From: Antedon mediterranea
Lineage: Eukaryota; Animalia; Echinodermata
Reading direction: 5' to 3'
NCBI RefSeq assembly: GCF_964355755.1
Contig: NC_092670.1
Location: 20,818,795 to 20,882,794 of the forward strand
DNA: 64,000 nt
Numbering within the stretch: the first letter of the stretch is position 1; the number at the start of each line of letters is the position of its first letter. A model generated the notes under the pieces. It saw nothing but the letters and a program-made list of their open reading frames with translations, was not told where the DNA came from and searched no databases. Positions 26,101 through 32,604 of the stretch are shown piece by piece. The translations under genes and the position numbers were made by a program.

Positions 26101-28722
26101 CAAAGGTATGGTGATAGGAAATATGTTGTCGAAAGACGTGAAGAGTCACCGCAAAGACCAAGACAAGATATCATAGAAACAACTACTACCACTACTACTG
26201 ATGAAATAACACAACAACCTGCTGTAAAAAGACCAGGTAGTGAAAAGATAAGAACCTATGTAGTAGAGAGGCGTGAAGAATCCCCTCAAAGACCAAGACA
26301 ACAAGATATCATAGAAACAACTACTACCACTACTACTGATGACATAACACGAGAACCTGTTGTACAAAGGTATGGTGATAGGAAATATGTTGTCGAAAGA
26401 CGTGAAGAGTCACCGCAAAGACCAAGACAACAAGAAATCATAGAAACAACTACAACCACTACTACTGATGAAAGAACACGACAACCTGTTGTACAAAGGT
26501 ATGGTGATAGTAAATATGTTGTTGAAAGACGTGAAGAGTCACCTCAAAGACCAAGACAACAAGAAATCATAGAAACAACTACTACAACTACTACTGATGA
26601 AAGTACACGAGAACCTGCTGTACAAAGGTATGGTGATAGGAAATATGTTGTTGAAAGACGTGAAGAGTCACCGCAAAGACCAAGACAACAAGAAATCATA
26701 GAAACAACTACAACCACTACTACTGATGAAAGAACACGAGAACCTGTTGTACAAAGGTATGGTGATAGGAAATCTGTTGTTGAAAGACGTGAAGAGTCAC
26801 CTCAAAGACCAAGACAACAAGATATCATAGAAACAACTACTACAACCACTACTACTGATGAAAGAACACGAGAACCTTCTGTACAGAGGTATGATAGGAA
26901 ATATGTAGTTGAAAAACGTGAAGAATCCCCTCAAAGACCAAGACAACAAGAAATCATAGAAAGTACTACAACCACTACTACTGATGAAAGAACACGAGAA
27001 CCTGTTGTACAAAGGTATGGTGATAGGAAATCTGTTGTTGAAAGACATGAAGAGTCATCGCAAAGACCAAGACAAGATATCATAGAAACAACTACTACAA
27101 CAACTACTACTGATGAAAGAACACGAGAACCTGCTGTAAAAAGGTACGGTGATAGGAAATCTGTTGTTGAAAGACATGAAGAGTCACCTCAAAGACCAAG
27201 ACAACAAGAAATCATAGAAACAACTACTACAACAACTACTACTAATGAAATAACACGCGAACCTGCTGCACAAATGTATGATTATGAGACTAGAAAATAT
27301 GTAATTGGAAGAAGAGAAGAGTCACCTCAAAGGCCAAGACAAGAAATCATAGAAACGACTACAACTACTACTACTACTGATGAAAGAACACGAGAACCAT
27401 ATGATAAAGAGACAATAAGTTATATAGCAGACAGACGTGAAGAATCACCTCGAAGACAAAGACGAGCAATCATAGAAACAACTACATCTACAGACAAAAT
27501 AACAAAAGAGCCAATTGTTCAAAAATCTGATGAGATAATAAGCTATGTTGTAGAAAATAGAGACGATGATGTGGCAAGAAGACATGGATACGTAGAGACA
27601 ACTACAACAATGAATAGTGGTACAATTGGTGACCTCACGATCGGTGATACTAGAACGTGGACTGATGAAAAACGTGTTGGATATCCAGAATATATTACTA
27701 CTAATACATCTGATGGAAGAATTACAGATGTTTCTCACCAGTACGGGTATGAAACAATTACAACTACAACAGACGAAGAACAAAAAGATCATCATTGCGA
27801 ACATTGTAGCAAGCCTATAGTAAAGGAGGAAGAAGGAGAAGTTGACAGTGAACTGTCTTATGTTATCAATACTATAGAGACAATTGAAGGGGCTGAAGGT
27901 GAGGTGACTGAAGGTTTATATATTACACAAACTAATGAATTTGATAACCAAACCAGTAGTACAACATATCAACAGAATACTGGGCAACAAGAAGTCACTA
28001 GAGACAGGTACAATGCAGGATGGTCGACCGATCAAGCTTCAACACAATATGAATACCCAACTGGCGGTGGTGAAAATATTGTCATTAACGAGGTAGGCCA
28101 GAAAAGTAGTCCATTTTTAACATATAAATCAGTAGGTTACAGGGACCAAGAAGGCACATCTGGCGTCCAAGATATTCAGAGTAGTAGTATAGCCCATGAT
28201 TTCACCAGCTATTCAGCCAGCAGTAACTATGGTTCGACAACATACGGCAATAGTGGGGGAGTTACTGACGGCAACAGTGCTGTGTCTGGAGAAACACAGG
28301 CTTACACAGACATCCAGACCGAAGTAATGGAAACTGATGGACAGACGTTCCGAGGAGTTTCAGGAGGATCCACTTCTGAGCGTGGTAGAAGTCGTTTCAG
28401 AACTCAATTATCAGGTGTTGTCTTAAGACCAAGAGCCAGTGCGAAATCTAGATATGATGTAGACGTGGAATCAGTTAAGATCACAGCTGAAGAAACGACA
28501 CAGATGCAAAGTACACCCATGGACTATGACGGGTCCAATACAGGCTGGTCGACCGATCAAGCTTCAACACAATATGAATACCCAACTGGCGGTGGTGAAC
28601 ATATTCAATCAGTAAGTTACAGAGACCAAGAAGGCACATCTGGTATCCAAGATATTCAGAGTGGTAGTATAGCCCATGAATTCACCAGCTATTCAGTCAG
28701 CAGTAACTATGACCCCAGATAA
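3287..28722 (+). CDS. Adhesion-GPCR-like receptor with YWTD beta-propeller, GAIN/GPS, 7TM and a giant repetitive C-terminal tail (~6,356 aa, 21 coding exons)
   Basis: Exons: 3287-3356, 4283-4315, 4732-5181, 5588-5830, 6705-6867, 7211-7332, 7446-7700, 8005-8046, 8260-8376, 8661-8756, 8958-9018, 9560-9683, 9839-9915, 10096-10210, 10455-10552, 10794-10905, 10988-11211, 11412-11478, 11798-11901, 12012-12174, 12388-28722. All introns are GT-AG with compatible phases. The first 20 exons total 2,736 nt (912 codons) with no stop. Confidence 0.85.
5588..7700 (+). CDS. Exons 4-7: six-bladed YWTD (LDL-receptor class B) beta-propeller
   Basis: Blade motifs: VLISD; GIAFDPVDSVVYWSDRSKKVIERAYLDG; LALDLVNRRLFFD..IERSNLDG; FVYFSS; PKGLAISSDGKGIYWTDG..VMESDLSG; DVAAIGEYLFVIT; closing strand PRKIKI. 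Confidence 0.85.
8005..10210 (+). CDS. Exons 8-14: short GAIN-like region ending in a GPS motif
   Basis: ...LASRLVSIVT...KPVCTYIDRTSLSFSPDGCKTFASDARKNGVSCSCHEGTSFALLM: four GPS cysteines and a Stachel-like TSFALLM directly before TM1. Confidence 0.8.
8387..8515 (+). mobile_element. Harbinger-like MITE (agctctgtctacactatcaaact family), 3'-degenerate copy
   Basis: Same left TIR and internal atatggtagtgatatgacatcatcatgtccat core as eight other copies in the window. Confidence 0.7.
10455..12174 (+). CDS. Exons 15-20: class B2 (adhesion-type) seven-transmembrane domain
   Basis: TM1 LLIVTCLATVLSILSLLLIIF; TM2 LIRNLSIALLLANV; TM3 IHFSLTSVFVWLFLM; TM4 FGWGMPILI; TM5 IWSMVGPIIFFIAISLLML; TM6 LFTFLLIYISATWSIG; TM7 QYVFVILNGTIGFVLLL. 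Confidence 0.88.
12388..28722 (+). CDS. Giant terminal exon (16,335 nt coding, 5,444 aa): predicted intracellular tail
   Basis: Acceptor tttgtag at 12381-12387 is phase 0 and in frame with ORF 12409-28722. It matches the phase-0 donor AGG|gtgag at 12174 after TM7. No stop over 16 kb. Confidence 0.85.
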   Translation, partial: TKQVQARVEPSIHGQSLPGAYYDEDILMPHSSDYKQSHYNEGYIVTESPIQKPMEKPSRKKYRKETSDTKVFFTEGSAQQEHYQQRTSDVGKRDGKAREKVFREDITLQILEEGKPNDEVIDIEEEYITGIYHKDRISDVPMEVEPSSKRRSLKRLTGSLKDKSKALIHSSTGLGKKITDYQKQKFHGKNKELTKDIQETTITTRIEDDSIIEMVDYPQQLVETERRQTMPDKHETTIIQEKQEIQQTRSPGVRRHLQDTSDNNRKEPETRRTRSPEQQRRPTQPIERHPIRSKDQHNRDVYKTSVTRTEEDYIINEDDRVERRPTRSPERQRRPTERRTGRPDEQDKTKDVYETTVTTTDYVITEDDRREPEDIRRTRSPENQRRPIQPTERRPGRPDEQDTIRDVYETTVTTTDYIITEDGRREPEDIRRTRSPERQRRPTERRPAEPDEQDIIRDVYETTVTRTEDDYIITKGDRKEPEAIRQTRSPEKQRRSIQPPERRPGRPDEQGTTRDVYETTVTTTDYVITEDDRREPEDIRRTRSPEKQRRQTQPAERRPGKPDEQDTIRDVYETTVKSKTEEDYIITKGDRKEPEAIRRTRSPEKERRPIQPTERRPGRPDEQDTIRDVYETTITTTDYVITEDDRREPEAIRRTRSPKKQRHPIQPTERRSGRPDEQDTIRDVYETTVTTTDYVITEDDRREPEDIRRTRSPEKQRRQTQPAERRPGKPDEQDTIRDVYETTVKSKTEEDYIITKGDRKEPEAIRRARSPEKQRRPIQPTERRPGRPDEQDTIRDVYETTIATTDYVITEDDRREPEAIRRTRSPEKQRHPIQPTERRSGRPDEQDTIRDVYETTVTTTDYFITEDDRREPEDVRRTRSPEKQRRQIQPAERRPGKPDEQYTTEDVYETTVTTDYVITEDDRREHGDIRRTGSPERQRRPTERRPGRPDIQDTTKDVYETTVTTRTEDDYIITKGDGKEPEAIRRTRSPEKQRRPIQPTEKRPGRPDEQDTIRDVYETTVTTKTEEDYITTKGDRKEHEDIRRTRSPEKQRRSIQPTDRRSVRPDEQDTIRDVYETTVTTTDYVITEDDRREPEYIRRTRSPDKQSSPIQPTERRPGRPDEQDTNRNVYETTVTTITEEDYIITEDDRREPKDIRRTRSPEKQTRPIQPTERRPGRPDEQDTIRDVYETTVTTKTEEDYIITKGDRKEPEAIRRTMSPEKQRRPIQPTERRSGRPDEQDTTRDVYGSTFTTTDYVITEDDRREPGDIRRTRLPQKQRRPIQPTERRPGRPDEQETIRDVYETTVTATTTDYVITEDDRREPKDTRRTRSPEKQRRRIQQTERRPGRPDEQDIIRDVYEKTVTTKTEEDYITTKGDRKEPGDIRRTRSPEKQRRPIQPTDRRSVRPDEQDTIRDVYETTITTTDYVITEDDRREPEYIRRTRSPDKQSSPIQPTERRPGRPDEQDTNRNVYETTVTTITEEDYIITEDDRREPKDIRRTRSPEKQTRPIQPTERRPGRPDEQDTIRDVYETTVTTKTEEDYIITKGDRKEPEAIRRTMSPEKQRRPIQPTERRSGRPDEQDTTRDVYGSTFTTTDYVITEDDRREPGDIRRTRLPQKQRRPIQPTERRPGRPDEQETIRDVYETTVTATTTDYVITEDDRREPKDTRRTRSPEKQRRRIQQTERRPGRPDEQDIIRDVYEKTVTTKTEEDYITTKGDRKEPGDIRRTRSPEKQRRPIQPTDRRSVRPDEQDTIRDVYETTVTTTDYVITEDDRREPKYIRRTRSPEKQRRPIQPTERRPGRPDEQDTIRDVYEKTVKSKTEEDYIITKGDRKEPEAIRRTRSPEKQRRPIQPTERRPGRPDEQDTIRDVYETTITTTDYVITEDDRREPEAIRRTRSPEKQRHPIQPTERRSGRPDEQDTIRDVYETTVTTTDYVITEDDRRKPEDIRRTRLPQKQRRPIQQTERRPGRPDEQDTIRDVYETTVTTDYVITEDDRREPEYIRRTWSPETKRRPTQPTERRPGRPDEQDTIRESYEATVTTDYVITEDDRREPEDTRRTRSHEKQIRPTQQTERRRGRPDEQDTIRDAYETTDYVITEDDRQEPEDTRRKRSPEKQRRPIQPTERRLGRPDEQETIRDVFETTVTATTTDYFITDDDRREPEDTRRTRSPEKQRRPTQQTERRPGRPDEQDIIRDVYEKTVTTDYVITEDDRREPEDTRRTRSPEKQRRPSQQTERRPGRTDEQDIIRDVDEKTVTNDYVITEDDRREPEDTRRTRSPKRKRRPIQPTDRRQGRQDEQDTIRDVYETTVTTTDYIITEDGRREPEDIRRTRSPERQIRPTERRPAVPDEQDIIRDVYETIVTRTEEDYIITKGDRKEPEAIRQPRSPEKQRRPIQPTERRPGIPDEQDTIRDVYETTVTTTDYVITEDGRKEPKDIRRTRSPEKQWGPLQPTDRRPGRPDEQDITKDVYETTVTTTDYVITEDDKREPEYIRRTRSPEKQRRPHQPTERRPGRPDEQDITRDVYETVTTTDFVITEDDRREPEDRRRKKSPEKQRRPIQPIQRRPFRPEEQETTRDSYETTVTTTDYVITEDDRREPKDIRRTRSPEKQRRSTKPVDSNFTGKNKNTINEQYSDGGTKRDSKTEFGSIDHPFKSQYFPKRNDRRDSLTRLGYTKRFSDTTQPFTSDIDSISEIEGLQLEPQFVKKDVVPLQRTLDKILLEPENILQENELTQRNVLQELDKEVLEIISERGTTTKTGIIAIQGTDIVDKLREIKLNERSSQQKNPSKFDSKKLKFMILDVGDKLTTLERHFDEASGLKAIPLDRPFEAYIVNVDGSLVVSQPFVFSYDRDTATYRRLSIKQPVKYYEEGEKMKETGYTYRKEQLDEFLVQVGKDKIRKCPIKIVENDDPAAKYMYDIDQIKLIIPHPGDDRYDIKYMKRYQEEPWYIDPYPINEDFIEAIVVRRDGTPETVHLLKYESKNTYSIVMSTSDQNELESAIIASESNTKMPSQTIEIPSSQQLESPIDNDSSTDTDISYVIKTIEKIEESERELKDEQIVDDESTQRRRQDIIETTTTTTTDERIREPVVQRYGDRKYVVERREESPQRPRQDIMETTTTTTADERTREPVVQRYGDRKYVVERREESPQRPRQQEIIETTTTTTTTDEIPQKPAVKRPSSEKIRTYVVERRDESPQRPRQQDIIETTTTTTTDQRTREPVVQRYGDRKSVVERREESPQRRPRQDIIETTTTTTDERTREPAVKRPSSEKIRTYVVERREESPQRPRQQDITETTTTTTTDQRTREPVVQRYGDRKSVVQRREESPQRRPRQDIIETTTTTTTDERTREPDVKRYGDRKYVVERREESPQRPRQQEIIETTTTTTTDQRTPEPAVKRPSSEKIRTYVVERREESPQRPRQQDIIETTTTTTTDERTREPSVQRYGDRKSVVERREESPQRPRQDIIETTTTTNTTDERTREPAVKRPSSEKIRTYVVERREESPQRPRQQDIIETTTTTTTDERTREPAVQRYGDRKSVVERREESPQRPRQDIIETTTTTTTTDQRTREPVVKRPSSEKIRTYVVERREESPQRPSQQEIMETTITTTTDQRTREPVVQRYGDRKSVVERREESPQKRPRQDIIETTTTTTTDERTREPAVQRYGNRKHVVERREESPQRPRQQDIIETTTTTTTDDITREPVVQRYGDRKYVVERREESPQRPRQDIIETTTTTTTDERTREPVVQRYGDRKYVVERREESPQRPRQPEIIETTTTTTTDQRTQEPAVKRPSSEKIRTYVVERREESPQRPRQQDIIETTTTTTTDERTREPAVQRYGDRKSVVERREESPQRPRQDIIETTTTTTTTDQRTREPVVKRPSSEKIRTYVVERREESPQRPSQQEIMETTITTTTDQRTREPVVQRYGDKKSVVERREKSPQKRPRQDIIETTTTTTTDERTREPAVQRYGNRKHVVERREESPQRPRQQEIIETTTTTTTDQRTQEPVVQRYGDRKYVVERREESPQRPRQDNIETTTTTTTDERTREPALQRYGDRKYVVERREKSPQRPRQQEIIETTTTTTTDQRTQEPAVKRPSSKKIRTYVVERREESPQRPTQQDIIGTTTTTTTDERTQEPVVQRYGDRKYVVERREESPQRPRQQEIIETTTTTTTDEITQQPAVQRYGDRKYVVERREESPQRPRQQEIIETTTTTTTDEITREPVIQRYGDRKYIVERREESPQRPRQQEIIETTTTTTTDEITQQPAVQRYGDRKYVVERREKSPQRPRQQEIIETTTTTTTDEITREPVIQRYGDRKYVVERREESPQRPRQQEIIETTTTTTTDEITQQPAVQRYGDRKYVVERREKSPQRPRQQEIIETTTTTTTDEITREPVIQRYGDRKYVVERREESPQRPGKEIIETTTTTTTDEITQQPAVQRYGDRKYVVERREKSPQRPRQQEIIETTTTTTTDEITREPAVQRYGDRKYVVERHEESPQRPRQDIIETTTTTTTTDERTQEPAVKRPGSEKIRTYVVERREESPQRPRQQDIIETTTTTTTDDITREPVVQRYGDRKYVVERREESPQRPRQDIIETTTTTTTDEITQQPAVKRPGSEKIRTYVVERREESPQRPRQQDIIETTTTTTTDDITREPVVQRYGDRKYVVERREESPQRPRQQEIIETTTTTTTDERTRQPVVQRYGDSKYVVERREESPQRPRQQEIIETTTTTTTDESTREPAVQRYGDRKYVVERREESPQRPRQQEIIETTTTTTTDERTREPVVQRYGDRKSVVERREESPQRPRQQDIIETTTTTTTTDERTREPSVQRYDRKYVVEKREESPQRPRQQEIIESTTTTTTDERTREPVVQRYGDRKSVVERHEESSQRPRQDIIETTTTTTTTDERTREPAVKRYGDRKSVVERHEESPQRPRQQEIIETTTTTTTTNEITREPAAQMYDYETRKYVIGRREESPQRPRQEIIETTTTTTTTDERTREPYDKETISYIADRREESPRRQRRAIIETTTSTDKITKEPIVQKSDEIISYVVENRDDDVARRHGYVETTTTMNSGTIGDLTIGDTRTWTDEKRVGYPEYITTNTSDGRITDVSHQYGYETITTTTDEEQKDHHCEHCSKPIVKEEEGEVDSELSYVINTIETIEGAEGEVTEGLYITQTNEFDNQTSSTTYQQNTGQQEVTRDRYNAGWSTDQASTQYEYPTGGGENIVINEVGQKSSPFLTYKSVGYRDQEGTSGVQDIQSSSIAHDFTSYSASSNYGSTTYGNSGGVTDGNSAVSGETQAYTDIQTEVMETDGQTFRGVSGGSTSERGRSRFRTQLSGVVLRPRASAKSRYDVDVESVKITAEETTQMQSTPMDYDGSNTGWSTDQASTQYEYPTGGGEHIQSVSYRDQEGTSGIQDIQSGSIAHEFTSYSVSSNYDPR
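13200..20220 (+). repeat. Coding tandem array 1, ~165-bp (52-58 aa) unit, ~42 copies
   Basis: Consensus RRTRSPEKQRRPIQPTERRPGRPDEQDTIRDVYETTVTTTDYVITEDDRREPEDI; copy number estimated from span divided by unit length. Confidence 0.95.
21580..27490 (+). repeat. Coding tandem array 2, ~126-138-bp (42-46 aa) unit, ~45 copies, two unit variants
   Basis: Consensus QEIIETTTTTTTDERTREPVVQRYGDRKYVVERREESPQRPRQ; the variant has KRPSSEKIRTY in place of QRYGDRKY. Confidence 0.95.
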
Positions 28723-29489
28723 ACAGTTTGACCCTTTTTCAGGGTTTGTTTATACTGTCACAGGATATAATGCTGTTAAATTAATTATTAAAATGTGTAT
28801 TTCATTATTATCGCGGAGTGGGTTAACATTTTTATCTTTCTGTTAAAAATATATATTATAGGGTATATTAATTTGATATCTGCTGTGTACAATTGGGGAC
28901 TTAAGTGCTGCAGTCCCACGCCGAGAATGTCAAAGAGTTGCTATCCACTGGGTTAGAATCTCAGTTGGGGGACTTTTTCCTCATTCTTACAGATTTCATC
29001 ATCTTCATTGTTTCAAATAATTTAATTTTTAGTATAGAATTTATTCTGTGCCTGTTGATTATATTACTATTATACATTTATTTGTTTGTATTGATTTACT
29101 TATATTATTTTTAAATTTATTATTACGTAATCAAAATTCCTTAAGTTCATTGTTTAAAAAATACAAATGATATTTGTATAGTTGGGTTATTTTTACATCA
29201 AGGGTATAATTAATATCAAAATATTTAATTAGTAGGGTAGGGATATTAAGATTAATACATTTATATAATATTATTACTGATATGTTTGAATGTGATTAAA
29301 CACATTCCTATGCTGTAAATCAGTATTTGACAAGGTTAACATCAACAGGTATAATTTTACACTATATGTTTAAAATGGTTGGATTGTTAACATTGCCTTG
29401 GTTATCAATATCATTACTATCAGCTTTCATGTTTCTAGACACGCTTCTTATTGTTACTCAAATTTTGAAGTACGAATGTATGGTGAATA

Positions 29490-29710
29490 ATTGAAATTCG
29501 TACTTAAGTAATTAATGCTTAAGTAAATAAAGTTTGTGTTAATCTAAATGAAATTCATGCTTAAGTAAATAAAATCTGTGCTTTCGTAAATAAAATCTGT
29601 GGTTAAGTAAATTAAATTTGTGCTCAAGTAAATAAAAACTGTGCTTAAGTAAATGAAATTTGTGCTTATTAAGTAATTAAAATTTATATCTCATAAATGA
29701 AATGTGTGCC
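29490..29710 (+). repeat. AT-rich ~21-bp minisatellite in the presumed 3' UTR of the receptor gene
   Basis: Reiterated aaatttgtgcttaagtaaata-like units. Confidence 0.7.
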
Positions 29711-30224
29711 AAACTTAGAAGCTTATTGTGGATAAGATGAGCTTGACAATTAGTATTTTTCATGTTTGTAATCGGGTCAATATTAGTTTTTGTGAAATTA
29801 TTGACGCTTTGATTTCACATGAAAATCGCCTACGCAGCTATTGAGTCCAAAAGCCATTCTGCTCATGTGATGTTAATGACTTTTTGACTTAATAGATGCA
29901 TAATCTAGTGGTGAATCATAGAAACAAAAGGTTGCTATTAACATTAATATAACATACATCACACTTTTCTTACTATTTCTTCCATTTGATTCACAATGGT
30001 TATGTCAATTGGTATTTGATTGTTGCATTGTAATAATAGCAATTATTTGGTTGTAATTTAGTTATATTGTGATTTGATATCTATTTCTTTTAATGAAATA
30101 TTCTGAAAAATAACCACAATGTAAATGGAATAAAATCATGTTCCTAATTTGTACACGGTTAATAAATAATTATGGTACAAACATTTGTATTTAAAGTAAA
30201 CATATTACTGTTGGTATTTACATC

Positions 30225-30278
30225 AATAAAATCATTCTTTGAAAAAAAAAAAGTTTATTGTATTTCATTACTTTTATT
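30225..30278. terminator. Candidate opposed polyadenylation signals of the two convergent genes
   Basis: AATAAA on + at 30225-30230; AATAAA on - at 30254-30259 and 30273-30278. Such hexamers are common in AT-rich DNA. Confidence 0.3.
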
Positions 30279-31450
30279 GTCCGTATAATAAAAAATCAGA
30301 AACTTATGGAATATATTCAAATAAGGAAGAACTGTATCATAGAAAATATAAATAATTTACTTTAAACCAATGTGCTGGTAATTAATAGACAGACTATACA
30401 CGTTTGGAGTGCTAGTCAAGCATTACCACTTTGGTCAATTTCCAAAATATTAACATCAATAGTTAATCATTGAATTCACCAATAAAAAAGTACAAAATTA
30501 ACTGTCTGTCGTCATATAAACATTGAATCCATCTATGTTATCTAGTGCTCAGCCGCTGATGAACATTGTGTTTGAATAGTTCATTAAACTTAGATTCCAG
30601 ATCAATACATTGCTGATTGCATTTTTGTATGTTTCTAAAGTGACACATTCAATTCATCTTTGCTGCATCATTTAAAGTTACAATTAAAGAACTCTTTTAA
30701 CACCCTGAATACATTATTAATATTTGGTTGAAGAAACTCTGAAATCTACTATAAAATAACTGAAATTGTTATTTAAATATGTCCCCAAACATCACTCCAT
30801 CCAAAAACTGAACCTTATACCATTGTATCAACCTGGAATATCCCAAACCTAAATGTGCTCTACAATTACCCTGACCTGACAACTGACCCGCCCTCTTCTC
30901 TTTCAACTGCACACTATCTCTCAGCAAATTTCCTCTCTCTCTCTGAATTCCTATATAGTGTAATGAGTTATAGTTATACATATTTATTTTCTATTATGAC
31001 ACTCACAAATATGGTGCATTTGTTTTTATTAATAAATTTGTCATTAATAACATTTACAGAAAACACTAATTGTTAGAAACAACAACACAACAACAACTAA
31101 TACAACAGAAGAACATTTACATAAATTCATTTAAATAAGGAAATAAAATGAATTAAAACAACTTTTAAGTGAATCACTGATCTTATACATACAATTTATA
31201 ATTACAAAATAAATTAAAAACATTTAAAAAAAAAACATACATTCATTTAAATAAAAGAAATCAAGTGTATGAAAACAAATAGCAAATACCAAAAAAATAC
31301 TTACAGAAAAATTGATTAATAAAATTGCATATATTAAAACTATTATATTATGATTTCATACTATAAAAGAATACTAAAAATTTCATTTATATACGATATC
31401 TCAGATATATGGAATTAGCACAATGTAAGATACTACTGTAGTATAGTATA

Positions 31451-32454
31451 CAGTAAAACCCTCTCATTCAGCAGGACACCTCTATTAAAGGGACACTTTG
31501 CCAAGAACCTAACAAGGGTAACACTATGGCCAACCCTATTAAAGGGACACTTTGCCAAGAACCTAACAAGGGTAACACTATGGCCAACCTCTATTAAAGG
31601 GACACTTTGCCAAGAACCTCACAAGGGTAACACTATGGCCAACCCTATTAAAGGGACACTTTGCCAAGAACCTAACAAGGGTAACACTATGGCCAACCTC
31701 TATTAAAGGGACACTTTGCCAAGAACCTAACAAGGGTAACACTATGGCCAACCCTATTAAAGGGACACTTTGCCAAGAACCTAACAAGGGCAACACTATG
31801 GCCAACCTCTATTAAAGGGACACTTTGCCAAGAACCTCACAAGGGTAACACTATGGCCAACCTCTATTAAAGGGACACTTTGCCAAGAACCTAACAAGGG
31901 TAACACTATGGCCAACCTCTATTCTAGGGACACTTTGTCAAGAACCTAACAAGGGCAACACTATGGCCAACCTCTATTAAAGGGACACTTTGCCAAGAAC
32001 CTAACAAGGGTAACACTATGGCCAACCTCTATTAAACGGACACTTTGCCAAGAACCTAACAAGGGCAACACTATGGCCAACCTCTATTAAAGGGACACTT
32101 TGCCAAGAACCTAACAAGGGCAACACTATGGCCAACCTCTATTAAACGGACACTTTGCCAAGAACCTAACAAGGGTAACACTATGGCCAACCTCTATTAA
32201 AGGGACACTTTGCCAAGAACCTAACAAGGGTAACACTATGGCCAACCCTATTAAAGGGACACTTTGCCAAGAACCTAACAAGGGTAACACTATGGCCAAC
32301 CTCTATTCTAGGGACACTTTGCCAAGAACCTAACAAGAGTAATACTATGGCCAACCCTATTAAAGGGACACTTTGCCAAGAACCTAACAAGGGTAACACT
32401 ATGGCCAACCTCTATTAAAGGGACACTTTGTTTGGTCCCAACAGTGTTCTACTG
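31451..32454. mobile_element. TA-flanked CAGT...ACTG MITE (Tc1/mariner-like ends) expanded by an internal minisatellite
   Basis: ta|cagtaaaac ... gttctactg|ta. Related non-expanded fragments (cctctattaa/gggacact/ggggttctactgta) occur near 47405-47470, 48780-49010, 52083-52137 and 57170-57205. Confidence 0.65.
31478..32430 (+). repeat. Minisatellite, 53/55-bp unit, ~17 near-identical copies
   Basis: Unit acctctattaaagggacactttgccaagaacctaacaagggtaacactatggcca, head-to-tail with no spacers. Confidence 0.95.
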
Positions 32455-32604
32455 TACAATCACATATTATGGATTACTATTATTATCACCATGATTTTGT
32501 TCTTTTAAATCATTTTCAAATATTTAGTGCAACAAAATGAATGACTACAAAATTACTGTAGTTGAATATAAATTTCAACACTGTACCTACACATACATAC
32601 GCAA

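Noticed and set aside
13200-27490. ITAM/ITIM arrays from the repeated tyrosines (DVYETT, DYVIT, TYVVE)
   Set aside because: The +3 residue is Thr or Glu, not Leu/Ile/Val, so the consensus is not met; tyrosine phosphorylation remains possible but unsupported.
12481-27820. Many antisense and alternative-frame ORFs within the giant exon
   Set aside because: By-products of the biased, repetitive codon usage of the main frame.
12409-28722. Giant ORF as a stand-alone gene, secreted mucin or bacterial adhesin contaminant
   Set aside because: It starts at GTG with no signal peptide and is preceded by an in-frame acceptor matching the TM7 exon donor. Arg/Glu/Asp-rich composition is unlike a mucin, and the flanks are intron-rich host DNA.
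31478-32430. CRISPR-like array; ORFs 31578-31805 and 32181-32408
   Set aside because: Units are head-to-tail with no unique spacers, there are no cas genes and the context is eukaryotic; the ORFs are repeat translations.
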